Shown here piece after piece: positions 9,405 to 19,741 of a stretch of 64,000 bases of DNA. The stretch is from Patescibacteria group bacterium. Lineage in GTDB: Bacteria > Patescibacteriota > Patescibacteriia > UBA10025 > JAHIVO01. Within the stretch, counting starts at the first letter, position 1. Every line of letters starts with the position of its first letter. The stretch lies in the NCBI GenBank assembly GCA_049325535.1, contig JBMOKY010000001.1, forward strand, positions 685,942-749,941, read 5' to 3'. The position numbers were made by a program, and so were the translations under genes. A model generated the notes under the pieces. That model did no database searches. It was not told the origin of the DNA and saw nothing but the letters and a program-made list of their open reading frames with translations.

Positions 9405-10109
9405 TTATTTTTCTTTTTTCGGCTCTACCGCTGGCGTAGCCTCAGCAGCACCCGCTTCACCAGCTTCTCCTTCTTTGGCCTCGCCTACCTTCTCGACGGC
9501 AGCGACATCCGCCGTAGCCGGCTGATCTTCCAGCGCCTTCAATTCTTCCTCAGTCCGCGGTTTCTGCACGGTGGAAACAAGCGCCTCTGACTCATTGGTT
9601 ATGGTGATACCTTCGGGAAGTGGAATATTTGCGACGCGAATAACGTCGTCAAATGACTTGAGGACGCTAATATCGATATCAATATATTGCACCAAATGCT
9701 GCGGCAGACATTCCACCTCGACAGACGAGAGCGCCTTGACCAGCACGCCGCCATCTTCCTTGACCGCTTTGGATTCGCCGACAAAGCGCAGCTCGACTTC
9801 AGCCGTCGTTTTTTTCGTCATGTCAACTTCATAAAAGTCGACATGGACAGGCCGGTGCGTAACCGGGTCGCGCTGCACCTCATGGATGAGCACCATCGCT
9901 GGTTTGCCACCCTCGAGCGTCAGATTAACCAAGCTGCTGTGCCCGGCTTTTTTGTACAATTGCAAAAAATCGCGAACATCAATACTGATCGACGTGGTCG
10001 TGCGTTTCGGGCCATAGAGAACAGCGGGCAACCGGCCCTCACGACGCATATGTTTGACTCGCACTCCCGTAACCTCCCGCGGGTGTGCCGCTAACGATAA
10101 TTGGTCCAT
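9405..10109 (-). CDS. rplY: 50S ribosomal protein L25/CTC
   Basis: RREGRLPAVLYG, VQRDPV..HVDFY and GGVL..VEVECLP; likely start MDQLSL at 10109. Confidence 0.93.
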   Translation of the reverse strand: MDQLSLAAHPREVTGVRVKHMRREGRLPAVLYGPKRTTTSISIDVRDFLQLYKKAGHSSLVNLTLEGGKPAMVLIHEVQRDPVTHRPVHVDFYEVDMTKKTTAEVELRFVGESKAVKEDGGVLVKALSSVEVECLPQHLVQYIDIDISVLKSFDDVIRVANIPLPEGITITNESEALVSTVQKPRTEEELKALEDQPATADVAAVEKVGEAKEGEAGEAGAAEATPAVEPKKEK

Positions 10110-10238
10110 ATAAATGGGTACTAGGTACTCCGGCTGAGCCGGATACACGGTTAAATTAATGGGATATACGACAATGAAGCTCCAGTGGGGCTACTGTACC
10201 TCGGTATAGCAAAGAAACCCTGCTGGTATCGTAGTGCT

Positions 10239-10574
10239 CTAGATACTATCAAGAAGTTCACCAGTATGCAAGTGGCTAGAAATGGCCAGTACATCATCAG
10301 CTGAAATCGAAGATTCGCGGAATAATCTGACCACATCACCTTCCGAAAGGTCGGTAACCAGACCGACCGACCCCATCCCCAATTCATGGATCAGCACCAA
10401 AAGTACCATGCCGGTATGACAACGGGGGCACTGCGCATGCAGCAGCTGGGCGTGGCCGCTTTCGCCAAGCAAACGAATGCGCTGCGGCACAAAAGCAGCA
10501 TCACACAGCTGACAAGTAGGTATCAGCTGGGCGGCCGTCACCCGTGGGTCGTTTTCTGATCTGGATGTATGCAT
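10239..10574 (-). CDS. Small Zn-ribbon hypothetical protein
   Basis: CQLC...HAQCPRC and C-terminal GLVTDL..ISADDV; same strand as its neighbours. Confidence 0.7.
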   Translation of the reverse strand: MHTSRSENDPRVTAAQLIPTCQLCDAAFVPQRIRLLGESGHAQLLHAQCPRCHTGMVLLVLIHELGMGSVGLVTDLSEGDVVRLFRESSISADDVLAISSHLHTGELLDSI

Positions 10575-10655
10575 GTACGTTTGTTAATCCAAGAACTGCT
10601 CCCTAATCACCACGTACTAGTATAGCAAAAAAATGCGATTCAGTCAATCTGCTTT

Positions 10656-11780
10656 TTAAAACTTTGAGCGCGCCTCAGGAGCGGAATTATGGATATGGAC
10701 GCTTTGCACCAGCCCTACCAGTATCAAACTCGCCACAAGCGAACTTCCCCCATAACTGACAAACGGAAGTGGCACCCCGGCTATGGGAAGCAGCCCCACA
10801 TTCATGCCAATATTCATGACGGCTTGGGCGCAAAAGTAAATGACCGTACCCATCACCATGAAAAGGCCAAAATCATCCCGCGCCCGCCGCGCGATGCCGA
10901 CCAGACGATAGACGAGCACCACGAAGAGCACGATAATCAGCCCCGAACCAATCAGCCCGAGCTGCTCAGCAATAACCGCGTAGATAAAGTCCGTTTCCTG
11001 TACCGGTAAAAAATTCAGCCTGCTCTGCGGCCCGAGGGCCAGTCCGCGGCCAAACAGATTGCCCGAACCCACGGCGATGATTGATTGCTTTATATTGTAC
11101 CCGCTGCCATAGGGATCACGATCCGGCTGGAGAAATGTCAAAATACGCTCTTTTTGATAATCGCGAAGCACAAATTGCCAACCAAGCACGCTCATAATCA
11201 CCAATCCAACAAGCAGCCACACCAAAAACTTCCGCGGCATTCGGATGATACCGAGCAATCCCAGGGTGATAGAACCAATGATAAATGCCGAACCAAAATC
11301 CGGCTGGATGAGCACCAGGCCAATCAGCACCCCGACCAATCCCAGTAATTGCACCAGATGCTGAAGCCGGTGTATTTCACCACGCCAGTCATAGAGTAGT
11401 TTTGCCAGTACGATGATGACGAAAATTTTGACCAGTTCTACGGGCTGAAATCCCAAATCCCCCACCAGCATAAACCATCCCTTGGTGCCGCGGATGGTTG
11501 TGCCGAAAGCGAGCACCCCGACCAGCAGGGCGGTGGACAGTCCGAATAACACCCAGCTCCAGCCACGAATTTGCCGATAATCGATGGCGAGTACAAAAAT
11601 CATGAACGCCATACCGACGACGAAGAAAATTGCCTGCCGAATGACCAGGGCATAGTCGGGTTCATCGGCAGTCACTTCCACGCTGTAGATGCCGACCATA
11701 CCAATGACGACTAAAAAAAGGACCACGATGAGCAGTGGCCAATCTGCTTTTGCTAATGCATGAAAAAATTTCTGAAGCAT
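10656..11780 (-). CDS. rodA: Rod shape-determining protein RodA (SEDS family)
   Basis: FQPVELVK, QPDFGS, GYNIKQSIIAVGSG, TDFI and GVPLPFVSYGGSS. Confidence 0.92.
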   Translation of the reverse strand: MLQKFFHALAKADWPLLIVVLFLVVIGMVGIYSVEVTADEPDYALVIRQAIFFVVGMAFMIFVLAIDYRQIRGWSWVLFGLSTALLVGVLAFGTTIRGTKGWFMLVGDLGFQPVELVKIFVIIVLAKLLYDWRGEIHRLQHLVQLLGLVGVLIGLVLIQPDFGSAFIIGSITLGLLGIIRMPRKFLVWLLVGLVIMSVLGWQFVLRDYQKERILTFLQPDRDPYGSGYNIKQSIIAVGSGNLFGRGLALGPQSRLNFLPVQETDFIYAVIAEQLGLIGSGLIIVLFVVLVYRLVGIARRARDDFGLFMVMGTVIYFCAQAVMNIGMNVGLLPIAGVPLPFVSYGGSSLVASLILVGLVQSVHIHNSAPEARSKF

Positions 11781-11801
11781 GCGGCGGGCGAGATACGATG
11801 A

Positions 11802-12623
11802 TTATCGAATAATGTTGCTGCTGTCCCGCAAATTCAGATCAGGGTGGATGGCTACACTAGTTACGGTACCGCCCACGGCGTTCCATTTCACCGTTATCGT
11901 TTCGGTATCACTATAGGTGAATGGTTGTACATAGGCATAATTTACACCGACGATCTGATCGCCATTGTACAATAAAACAATAAATGGCACTTGATAGTAG
12001 CTCGTAAACGAATCATTGGTGATGTCGGCCTTGACTTGATGTACGATGACGTCGTTGGCATTCAGTGCCGAATACGCCACATTCTGAATATCAAAATTAA
12101 CCTCGGGTTGCCGTTGGTGATAATCGATCCGTTCCCATGCTATTGATTCCACCGACAGCTGGGCGGCTATCTGCCCGCTCGTTGGACCGGCGATTCCCAG
12201 TCCAGTGAGAAAACCGGTTGATCCGGGATTGATGGTGTGGGTCAGCGGATCACTCGCCGTGCCATTGATCGTCACGGTATAGGAAACTTCAGCATACCAA
12301 TCGTCATTGACATTGGTAACCGGCATGACGATGTCATACCGCCCCACTCCGGACGGAATGACGTTGGTACTGCCCAGTTGTAAACCAGTCGGCGTCGTCC
12401 GCTGGCGGATTCCTACATAGTCCACCTGGTCCGCTGCCATCGCAGCCATCAGCCGGTGCTGTACGGGGGTGCTGACCACATAGAGAATCACGTTGGTCAC
12501 CGTAAATACGACGGCAAAAATCGCTACAGCGATAAGCACGATAATATACCACTTGCGCAGATCCTGTTTATGTGTCAGGACGAAATAATTGATTTTCAGC
12601 CACGAGGTATTTACATCAAACAT
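11802..12623 (-). CDS. Membrane-anchored hypothetical protein with beta-rich extracellular domains
   Basis: 273 aa with one N-terminal TM helix followed by beta-strand-rich sequence; co-oriented with rodA. Confidence 0.7.
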   Translation of the reverse strand: MFDVNTSWLKINYFVLTHKQDLRKWYIIVLIAVAIFAVVFTVTNVILYVVSTPVQHRLMAAMAADQVDYVGIRQRTTPTGLQLGSTNVIPSGVGRYDIVMPVTNVNDDWYAEVSYTVTINGTASDPLTHTINPGSTGFLTGLGIAGPTSGQIAAQLSVESIAWERIDYHQRQPEVNFDIQNVAYSALNANDVIVHQVKADITNDSFTSYYQVPFIVLLYNGDQIVGVNYAYVQPFTYSDTETITVKWNAVGGTVTSVAIHPDLNLRDSSNIIR

Positions 12624-12723
12624 ATATATTGTATTGTATCACAGCTATCCCCTGTTTGAGAACGCTTGCCCGGCGAACCTCCTGCTGGTATACTATAGCC
12701 ATCTTATATACATGTATGCGCCT

Positions 12724-13059
12724 ATGTTTGAAACGAGTAAAGATTTGCTCTATTGGGTATTGGCAGTCAGCATCAGTTTGCTGACGGTTTTCCTTATCTG
12801 GGGCATGTATTATATCATCATGCTGCTCAAACGAGCCTACCTGATGGTTCGGGAAGTAAGCGAACTGATTGAAAGCGTCAAGGAAAAATTGGATCGACTG
12901 GAGCAGTTGTTTGACGCGATCGAAGAGAAGCTCAAACACTCTGCTTCATACATTCCGCTGATCGTGAAGGGGGTCACGGAAATACTCGACTTCATCAAGG
13001 TCAAACGCGCCGACCGGGCAAACCGCAAAACAAAAAAATCGACTGCCGCAGAACAATAA
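12724..13059 (+). CDS. Hypothetical membrane protein (TM helix plus coiled coil)
   Basis: MFETSKDLLYWVLAVSISLLTVFLIWGMYY then heptad-like sequence; start may be 12712 or 12724. Confidence 0.7.
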   Translation: MFETSKDLLYWVLAVSISLLTVFLIWGMYYIIMLLKRAYLMVREVSELIESVKEKLDRLEQLFDAIEEKLKHSASYIPLIVKGVTEILDFIKVKRADRANRKTKKSTAAEQ

Positions 13060-13084
13060 TCCCCCTGATGCGAGACGACCCCGT

Positions 13085-16000
13085 ATGCCGGACTTCATCC
13101 ACCTCCACGTCCATAGTCATTATAGTCTCTTGGATGGCCTATCAAAAGTTGACGAACTCGTCGCCCAGGCCGTAGCAGAACATATGCCCGCGCTCGCCCT
13201 GACTGACCACGGGGTGATGTATGGTGCTATCGATTTTTACCAGCAAGCCACCAAGGCCGGCATCAAGCCTATCATTGGTGTAGAGGCGTATGTGGCCCGC
13301 AATGGTCACACCCAAAAAAGAGCAAAAATTGACGAACGACCCTACCATTTAGTCCTCTTGGCAAAAAACCTCCAAGGCTACAAAAATCTCGTCCGGCTGA
13401 CGACTAAAGCGCATCTGGATGGCTACTATTACAAACCACGCATCGATCTCGACCTCCTGCGGGAATACCATGAAGGGTTGATTGGGTTGAGTGCATGCCT
13501 CCAGGGTATGGTGGCTCAACCAATCATCGCCGGTGACATGGATCAGGCTGCACGCCACGCCACCACGCTGGAATCGATTCTCGGCAAAGGAAATTTCTAC
13601 CTGGAGGTACAGCACCATCCCAATATTGAGTATCAACTCGAGGTCAACCAGCGCATTTTTGAACTGGGCGCCAAGCTGGACATTCCGGTCGTCGCCACAA
13701 ACGACGTGCACTACACAAAAGCTGACGATGACCAGTATCAGGACATTCTCCTGTGCATCCAGACGAAAAAAAAGCAAAATGACCCCAACCGGCTCAATTT
13801 AATGGGGGAAAATTTGTCATTTCGCAGCGGGTCGGAGATGGCGGAAGCGTTTGCCGACCACCCCGAGGTCATCAGTAATACCAGCCGTATCGCCGATGTG
13901 TGCAATCTGACGCTGCCTTTGGGCGAAATCCAACTCCCCCATTTTCCAGTACCGGATGGGCAGTCCGCCGATGCATATCTGCGCCACATCTGCGAAGCGG
14001 GCATCGGCAAACGCTACCCGAACCGAGCCAATGATCCTGAAGTGCTCGATCGGCTCGAATACGAACTGAATGTCATCGCAAAAACCGGTTTCGCTTCATA
14101 TTTCCTCATCGTCCAGGATTTCGTCAACTGGGCGAAACGTGAAGGTATCGTGGTCGGCCCGGGCCGCGGCTCTGCTGCCGGGAGTTTAGTGTCGTACGTC
14201 ACCAATATCACCAATATCGATCCGCTGAAGTACAATCTGCTATTTGAGCGGTTCCTCAATCCGGAACGCATCAGCATGCCTGATATTGACCTTGATTTCG
14301 CTGACGCACGGAGGGATGAAGTCATCCGCTATGTCGAGCGCAAATACGGCAAAGACCACGTGGCCCAGATCATTACCTTCGGCACCATGGCTGCCCGGGC
14401 AGCAGTGCGGGATGCCGGACGGGTGCTGGACATCACCTATGCCTACTGCGACAAAATTGCCAAACTGATCCCGATGTTCACCACCATCGATGGCGCGCTG
14501 ACCCAAGTTCCTGAATTCAAAGAATTATACGCCAACGATCCCGATGCAAAAAAAGTAATCGACGCGGCGCGTAAGCTTGAAGGCGTCGCCCGCCACGCCT
14601 CAACCCACGCCTGTGGTGTCGTCATCACCAAAGAACCGCTCGACCACTATGTACCAGTTCAATACTCACCCACCCAAGGCGAGGAAAGCATCATCACCCA
14701 GTACGACCTCTACGCCGTCGAGGCGCTGGGGCTGCTGAAAATGGATTTTCTTGGCCTGAAAAATCTGACCATTCTCGAACAAACACTGGATATCATTCAC
14801 AAAGCCCGCGGCATCAATATGGACATCGATGCGCTGCCGCTCGAAGACACACAAACCTTCCGGCTGCTGCAGCGCGGCGAAACCACCGGCGTATTCCAGC
14901 TCGAGTCCTCCGGCATGAAGCGCTACCTCAAACAACTTCGCCCTACTGAATTTGAGGATATCATCGCTATGGTCGCCCTCTACCGACCCGGCCCGATGGA
15001 GCTCATCCCTGATTTTATCGACGGCAAACACGGTAAAAAACAAACCACGTACCTCCACCCCAAGCTCAAACCGATTCTGGAAAAGACATACGGTATCGCC
15101 GTATACCAGGAACAGGTGATGCAAATCGCCCGCGACCTGGCCGGTTTTTCCCTGGCGGAGGCGGATGTACTGCGAAAAGCCGTAGGGAAAAAAATTAAAA
15201 GCCTGCTGGATGAGCAGCGTGACAAGCTTATTTCCGGGATGGTGGGTAATGATATTCCTCAATCGACAGCGGAACATATATGGCAATTTATCGAACCATT
15301 TGCCCGGTACGGGTTCAACCGCGCCCATGCCGCATGCTATGCGCTGATTGCCTATCAAACGGCCTTTTTCAAAGCGCACTACCCCGATGAATTTATGGCG
15401 TCGCTGCTCACCTCCGATTACGGCGACGTGGACCGTATCGCCATCGAAGTCGAAGAATGCGAACGGATGGGCATCCAGGTGCTGCCGCCGGATATCAATG
15501 AAAGCTATTCCACATTTACCGCGGTGTTTGATCCTCAAACCAAAAAACCGGAAAAGAAAATCCGGTTTGGCCTCTTGGCCATAAAAAATGTCGGGTATAA
15601 TGTCGTGAAAACCATCATCAAAGAACGAAAAGACCACGGCCCGTATCAAAACCTGGAAGACTTTCTCACCCGAGTGCAAACGAAGGACTTAAACAAAAAA
15701 TCCCTGGAAAGTCTTATCAAAACCGGGGCGCTCAGCAGATTTGGTGAACAAAACCAACTACTGCATAATCTCGACTCTCTGCTCACCATGGCACGCTCAG
15801 CAGAACAGGAAGCGAACAATAACCAGATCAATTTGTTTGGTACCCTGCCCACTCAGCACAGCCCAAAACTCCGGCTCAAACCAGTGCCCGAGGCGACAAA
15901 AAAGCAGCGACTGAGCTGGGAAAAAGAACTGCTCGGATTGTTTATTTCCGAGCACCCGCTGGCCGAATATACTGAAGCGCTCGCGGCTATCGCCCAACCG

Positions 16001-16558
16001 ATCAAAGAGGTTCTCCAAGCGAAAACCCGCGGTCAGGTGACGGTGGCTGGCGTTATTACCGGTGTGCAAAAAAAAGTGACGCGGGCCGGGCAAACGATGG
16101 CCTTCGTCAAAATCGAAGACATGAGCGGACGGCTGGAAGTTATCGTTTTCCCCTCCAAACTCCAGGATACCCCCTCACTCTGGACAGAAGATGCACAAAT
16201 TCTCATTCGTGGTAAAATCTCTGATAAGGACGGGGTGTCAAAACTGATGTGCGATGAAGCGAAATTGCTCGATCTGGACGCCCTGCTGCCCGCCCCCGCT
16301 GGCGTCGTCTCCGCACCTACCCCATCAGACTGGGGCACGATATCCCTCAATCTGCCAGCGGACACCTCCAAAGACACCTTTAGCAAACTGAAAGAATTAT
16401 TGACTCGCCACCCGGGCGGATACCAAGTATTCCTGCACATCCACACTGCCGACCAGCCCCGCGATATAAAAACATCCTCACACATCAGCCGGGAATCGGT
16501 CAGTCTGATTGGTGAACTCATCGGACCAGAAAATATTTCAATCACCGAACATCAATGA
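13085..16558 (+). CDS. dnaE: DNA polymerase III alpha subunit
   Basis: PHP domain HLHVHSHYSLLDG, GPGRGSAAGS, MPDIDLDF and YGFNRAHA. Confidence 0.98.
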   Translation: MPDFIHLHVHSHYSLLDGLSKVDELVAQAVAEHMPALALTDHGVMYGAIDFYQQATKAGIKPIIGVEAYVARNGHTQKRAKIDERPYHLVLLAKNLQGYKNLVRLTTKAHLDGYYYKPRIDLDLLREYHEGLIGLSACLQGMVAQPIIAGDMDQAARHATTLESILGKGNFYLEVQHHPNIEYQLEVNQRIFELGAKLDIPVVATNDVHYTKADDDQYQDILLCIQTKKKQNDPNRLNLMGENLSFRSGSEMAEAFADHPEVISNTSRIADVCNLTLPLGEIQLPHFPVPDGQSADAYLRHICEAGIGKRYPNRANDPEVLDRLEYELNVIAKTGFASYFLIVQDFVNWAKREGIVVGPGRGSAAGSLVSYVTNITNIDPLKYNLLFERFLNPERISMPDIDLDFADARRDEVIRYVERKYGKDHVAQIITFGTMAARAAVRDAGRVLDITYAYCDKIAKLIPMFTTIDGALTQVPEFKELYANDPDAKKVIDAARKLEGVARHASTHACGVVITKEPLDHYVPVQYSPTQGEESIITQYDLYAVEALGLLKMDFLGLKNLTILEQTLDIIHKARGINMDIDALPLEDTQTFRLLQRGETTGVFQLESSGMKRYLKQLRPTEFEDIIAMVALYRPGPMELIPDFIDGKHGKKQTTYLHPKLKPILEKTYGIAVYQEQVMQIARDLAGFSLAEADVLRKAVGKKIKSLLDEQRDKLISGMVGNDIPQSTAEHIWQFIEPFARYGFNRAHAACYALIAYQTAFFKAHYPDEFMASLLTSDYGDVDRIAIEVEECERMGIQVLPPDINESYSTFTAVFDPQTKKPEKKIRFGLLAIKNVGYNVVKTIIKERKDHGPYQNLEDFLTRVQTKDLNKKSLESLIKTGALSRFGEQNQLLHNLDSLLTMARSAEQEANNNQINLFGTLPTQHSPKLRLKPVPEATKKQRLSWEKELLGLFISEHPLAEYTEALAAIAQPIKEVLQAKTRGQVTVAGVITGVQKKVTRAGQTMAFVKIEDMSGRLEVIVFPSKLQDTPSLWTEDAQILIRGKISDKDGVSKLMCDEAKLLDLDALLPAPAGVVSAPTPSDWGTISLNLPADTSKDTFSKLKELLTRHPGGYQVFLHIHTADQPRDIKTSSHISRESVSLIGELIGPENISITEHQ

Positions 16559-17727
16559 CCAAATCAAAACTGAGCAGCATCAAAACCGCCTCAAGTTACC
16601 GCCGTTTGGTAATTGGTTTTTCAGTAGCAGTCCTGCTGATGCTGGCGCTCATTATTTACTTCTCGTTTTCTCGCACGGTGATCACCATCACACCGCAAGC
16701 GCTCCCCCAGGAAACCACGGCCACCATTTCCCTGGTTTCGGCTGATCTACTCCCGACACTGAGTGCGCCCGCGATTGAAGGAAACCTGATAGCCACCACT
16801 ATAACTAAAACGAGTCAAACAGTACTTGAAGGTGAGGGTGAACCAGTACCCGATAATGCAACGGGTACCGTCACCATTTACAATACCTGGACCCAGGTAC
16901 AGCCACTGGCTGCCACCACCCGCCTGCTCTCCCCCGATGGTATTCTTTTCCGCATCAAGGATCGGGTGGATGTACCTGCGGGCGGGTCGATCACCGACGT
17001 GGAAGTGTACGCTGACGAAGCTGGACCTCAAGGAAACATCAAGCCAACTCGGTTTACTATTCCTGGCTTGTGGGCGGGGTTGCAAGATCAAATCTACGCA
17101 GTCAGCACTGAACCGATGACCGGCGGAATGAAATCAGTCACTACGCTGACCCAACAAGACGTAGCGAACGCACGAAATGACATGATTCAGGACATGCTTA
17201 TTGAAGCGGTAGCTACTCTATCGGATAATGACGAGGTTCTCAATCGAGGCATGAGCATTGATCCGGATACGATAGCAACCACTATCCTTTCGACCACCAG
17301 CGATCCTGAAACTGGAGCCTCAGCCAGTACTTTCTCTCTGACCGTCGAAGCGCGATTTGTAGCCGCACTCTTTGATCTCGACGCGTTGACTGCTCAGCTG
17401 GTTACCCAGGCTGCCGCGACTATGCCCGAACATAATCGCATATTAGATGATCCGGCACCATCAATCAGCTATACAATTCAAGACTACAACCTCGAAGAAT
17501 CCCGCGCCGCCATCAGCGCTACGCTAACTCAATACGCCATTCCCCGTCTGGACAATCCGATTTTTGACCGGAGTAAACTCACGGGTAAAGATCGCACGGA
17601 AATTGAAGCATATTTCTCAAATTTTGATGAAATCAAATCAGTAACTACCCGCTTTTCACCGTTTTGGGTCACCACCTCCCCCAGCCTGACTGACCATATA
17701 GAAATCAAACTGACCGACCCGCAGTAA
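16555..17727 (+). CDS. Membrane-anchored protein with baseplate-J-like domain
   Basis: TM helix, then ATGTVTIYN..QPL..TTRL.SPDG..FR..V.VPAG..V.ADEAG..GNI..FTIPGL..MTGG; ATGA overlap with dnaE. Confidence 0.7.
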   Translation: MTKSKLSSIKTASSYRRLVIGFSVAVLLMLALIIYFSFSRTVITITPQALPQETTATISLVSADLLPTLSAPAIEGNLIATTITKTSQTVLEGEGEPVPDNATGTVTIYNTWTQVQPLAATTRLLSPDGILFRIKDRVDVPAGGSITDVEVYADEAGPQGNIKPTRFTIPGLWAGLQDQIYAVSTEPMTGGMKSVTTLTQQDVANARNDMIQDMLIEAVATLSDNDEVLNRGMSIDPDTIATTILSTTSDPETGASASTFSLTVEARFVAALFDLDALTAQLVTQAAATMPEHNRILDDPAPSISYTIQDYNLEESRAAISATLTQYAIPRLDNPIFDRSKLTGKDRTEIEAYFSNFDEIKSVTTRFSPFWVTTSPSLTDHIEIKLTDPQ

Positions 17728-17923
17728 TTGACAGATGTCGCAGCTTATCGTATCGTTATACTGCTGATGATTGGTGTGGATACCGCCCACACTGGCGCAG
17801 ACGCCACCGCCTCAGCGGCTAAATCAGCATCAAATGAAGTGGCCTGCCCATGGGCAGGAATTTGGGTGGAACCGTCCAGCGAGTAATGTGGACCCCAAAA
17901 CGTCTGACGTTTTGGGAATTTTT
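17728..17923 (+). promoter_or_regulatory. sigma70 promoter plus T-box riboswitch controlling thrS
   Basis: TTGACA-17-TATCGT (17728-17756). Antiterminator TTTGGG-TGGAACC-GTCCA...TGGAC-CCCAAA (17861-17899). Overlapping terminator CCCAAAACGTC/GACGTTTTGGG plus T run. Thr codon ACC at 17782-17784 in a hairpin loop. Confidence 0.85.
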
Positions 17924-17935
17924 AAATATACAACT

Positions 17936-19741
17936 ATGAATAAACCTACGCACCAGCATCATGACCTGCGCCACTCACTGGCACATATCTTAGCCGCCGC
18001 CGTACTCAGGATATTCCCTGAAGCAAAACTGGGCATCGGCCCGGTGATCGAGGACGGATTTTACTATGACTTTGATTTGCCGCGGCCGCTCATTCCGCAG
18101 GATTTACTGAAAATTGAAAAGGAAATGCGGAAACTTATTTCCCAGAGTTTGGGATTTGTACGGCAGGAATTATCCGTGGATGAAGCGAAGAAATTATTTG
18201 CCCAGCAGCCATATAAGCTGGAGCTGATTCGCGACTTGGCAACGAAGGGCACCACCGTTTTTGATGAGCTAGAAAACAAACCTGCCGATAAACCATCCGC
18301 AACTATTACTGCATATACGACCGGCAAATTCGTTGACTTGTGCCGCGGTGGCCACCTCGATTCCACTAAACTGATCAAAGCCGACGCATTCAAGCTGACG
18401 CGGATTGCCGGCGCGTACTGGCGTGGGGATGAAAAAAATCCCATGCTTCAGCGCATTTATGGTGTGGCATTTCCGAACAAAAAAGAACTGGATGACTATC
18501 GAGCGCTGCAGGAAGAAATGAAAAAGCGTGACCATCGTAAGCTCGGCAGTGAACTGGACCTATTCTTCTTTTCCGACCTCGTCGGTAAGGGGTTGCCACT
18601 CTTGACTCCGCACGGCAGTATCATCCGGCGCGAACTGGAACGGTTTACCGTCGATGAAGAAATTAAAAATGGCTACCAACACATTTACACTCCCCCGCTG
18701 GCAAAAACTGATCTCTATAAAAAATCAGGACATTACCCCTACTACAAAGACACCATGTACCCGGTGATGCAGGTGGATGAAGATGAGCTCATCTTACGCC
18801 CGATGACCTGCCCTCACCATTTCATGGAATACCAGGCCAAACCTCGCAGCTACCGCGAGCTGCCAATGAAACTTGCAGAGATCTCGCCCCAATTTCGCTA
18901 TGAAAAAAGCGGCGAACTCTCCGGCCTGATGCGAGTTCGCATGTTTACCCTGGCTGATGCCCATATCTTCTGCGCTCCTGACCAAGCATCTCGGGAGGTA
19001 GCACAGGTACTCAGACTGATCGACGCGATGAATGGAAAGCTCGGTCTCAAACGCGGCCGTGACTACATCTACCGACTGTCGCTTGGGGATCGGAATGATT
19101 CGAAGAAATACTATAAGGATGATACGGCGTGGGAAAATGCCGAGGGCGTACTCCGCGCAGTACTGAAAAAATCAAAGGCGCCTTACTACGAAGCAGCGGG
19201 CGAGGCTGCGTTCTACGGACCTAAAATTGACGTGCAGATGAAAAAAATAAATGGCCAAGAAGACACTGCGTTTACCGTTCAATATGATTTTGTACTGCCC
19301 AAACGATTTGCCCTGACCTACACCGATGCAACCGGCACTGATCAACAACCCGTGGTCATCCATCGCGCTTCAATTGGCTGTCTGGAACGCACCATCGCCT
19401 TCCTCATCGAGCACTATGCCGGCGCGCTGCCCATATGGCTTTCCCCCATCCAGGTAGCGGTTATTCCCGTGGGTAAATCCCACCGAGTGTTTGCGGCGAA
19501 ACTCCACAAACAATTTATAACCGCGGGCATCCGTGCTGAGCTGGCAGGTCCACATGAAACAGTCGGGTATAACATCCGCCAAGCGGAAAAACGGAAAGTA
19601 CCCTATATGCTGGTCATCGGCGATAAAGAAAAAAATAGCACCCGACTGCATGTGCGAATCCGCGGCAAAAAAACTATTCACACAATGACTGCAAAACGGT
19701 TTGTCGAGCGCGTATTGACCGAGATTACAGAAAAAAAATAG
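17936..19741 (+). CDS. thrS: Threonine--tRNA ligase
   Basis: LRHSLAH, DLCRGGH, RDHRKLG, LRPMTCPHH and AAFYGPKID; start placed at ATG 17936, after the T-box. Confidence 0.97.
   Translation: MNKPTHQHHDLRHSLAHILAAAVLRIFPEAKLGIGPVIEDGFYYDFDLPRPLIPQDLLKIEKEMRKLISQSLGFVRQELSVDEAKKLFAQQPYKLELIRDLATKGTTVFDELENKPADKPSATITAYTTGKFVDLCRGGHLDSTKLIKADAFKLTRIAGAYWRGDEKNPMLQRIYGVAFPNKKELDDYRALQEEMKKRDHRKLGSELDLFFFSDLVGKGLPLLTPHGSIIRRELERFTVDEEIKNGYQHIYTPPLAKTDLYKKSGHYPYYKDTMYPVMQVDEDELILRPMTCPHHFMEYQAKPRSYRELPMKLAEISPQFRYEKSGELSGLMRVRMFTLADAHIFCAPDQASREVAQVLRLIDAMNGKLGLKRGRDYIYRLSLGDRNDSKKYYKDDTAWENAEGVLRAVLKKSKAPYYEAAGEAAFYGPKIDVQMKKINGQEDTAFTVQYDFVLPKRFALTYTDATGTDQQPVVIHRASIGCLERTIAFLIEHYAGALPIWLSPIQVAVIPVGKSHRVFAAKLHKQFITAGIRAELAGPHETVGYNIRQAEKRKVPYMLVIGDKEKNSTRLHVRIRGKKTIHTMTAKRFVERVLTEITEKK

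Noticed and set aside
16555-17727. Prophage or contractile injection system
   Set aside because: A single baseplate-like gene among housekeeping genes, with no integrase, capsid, tail or sheath genes.
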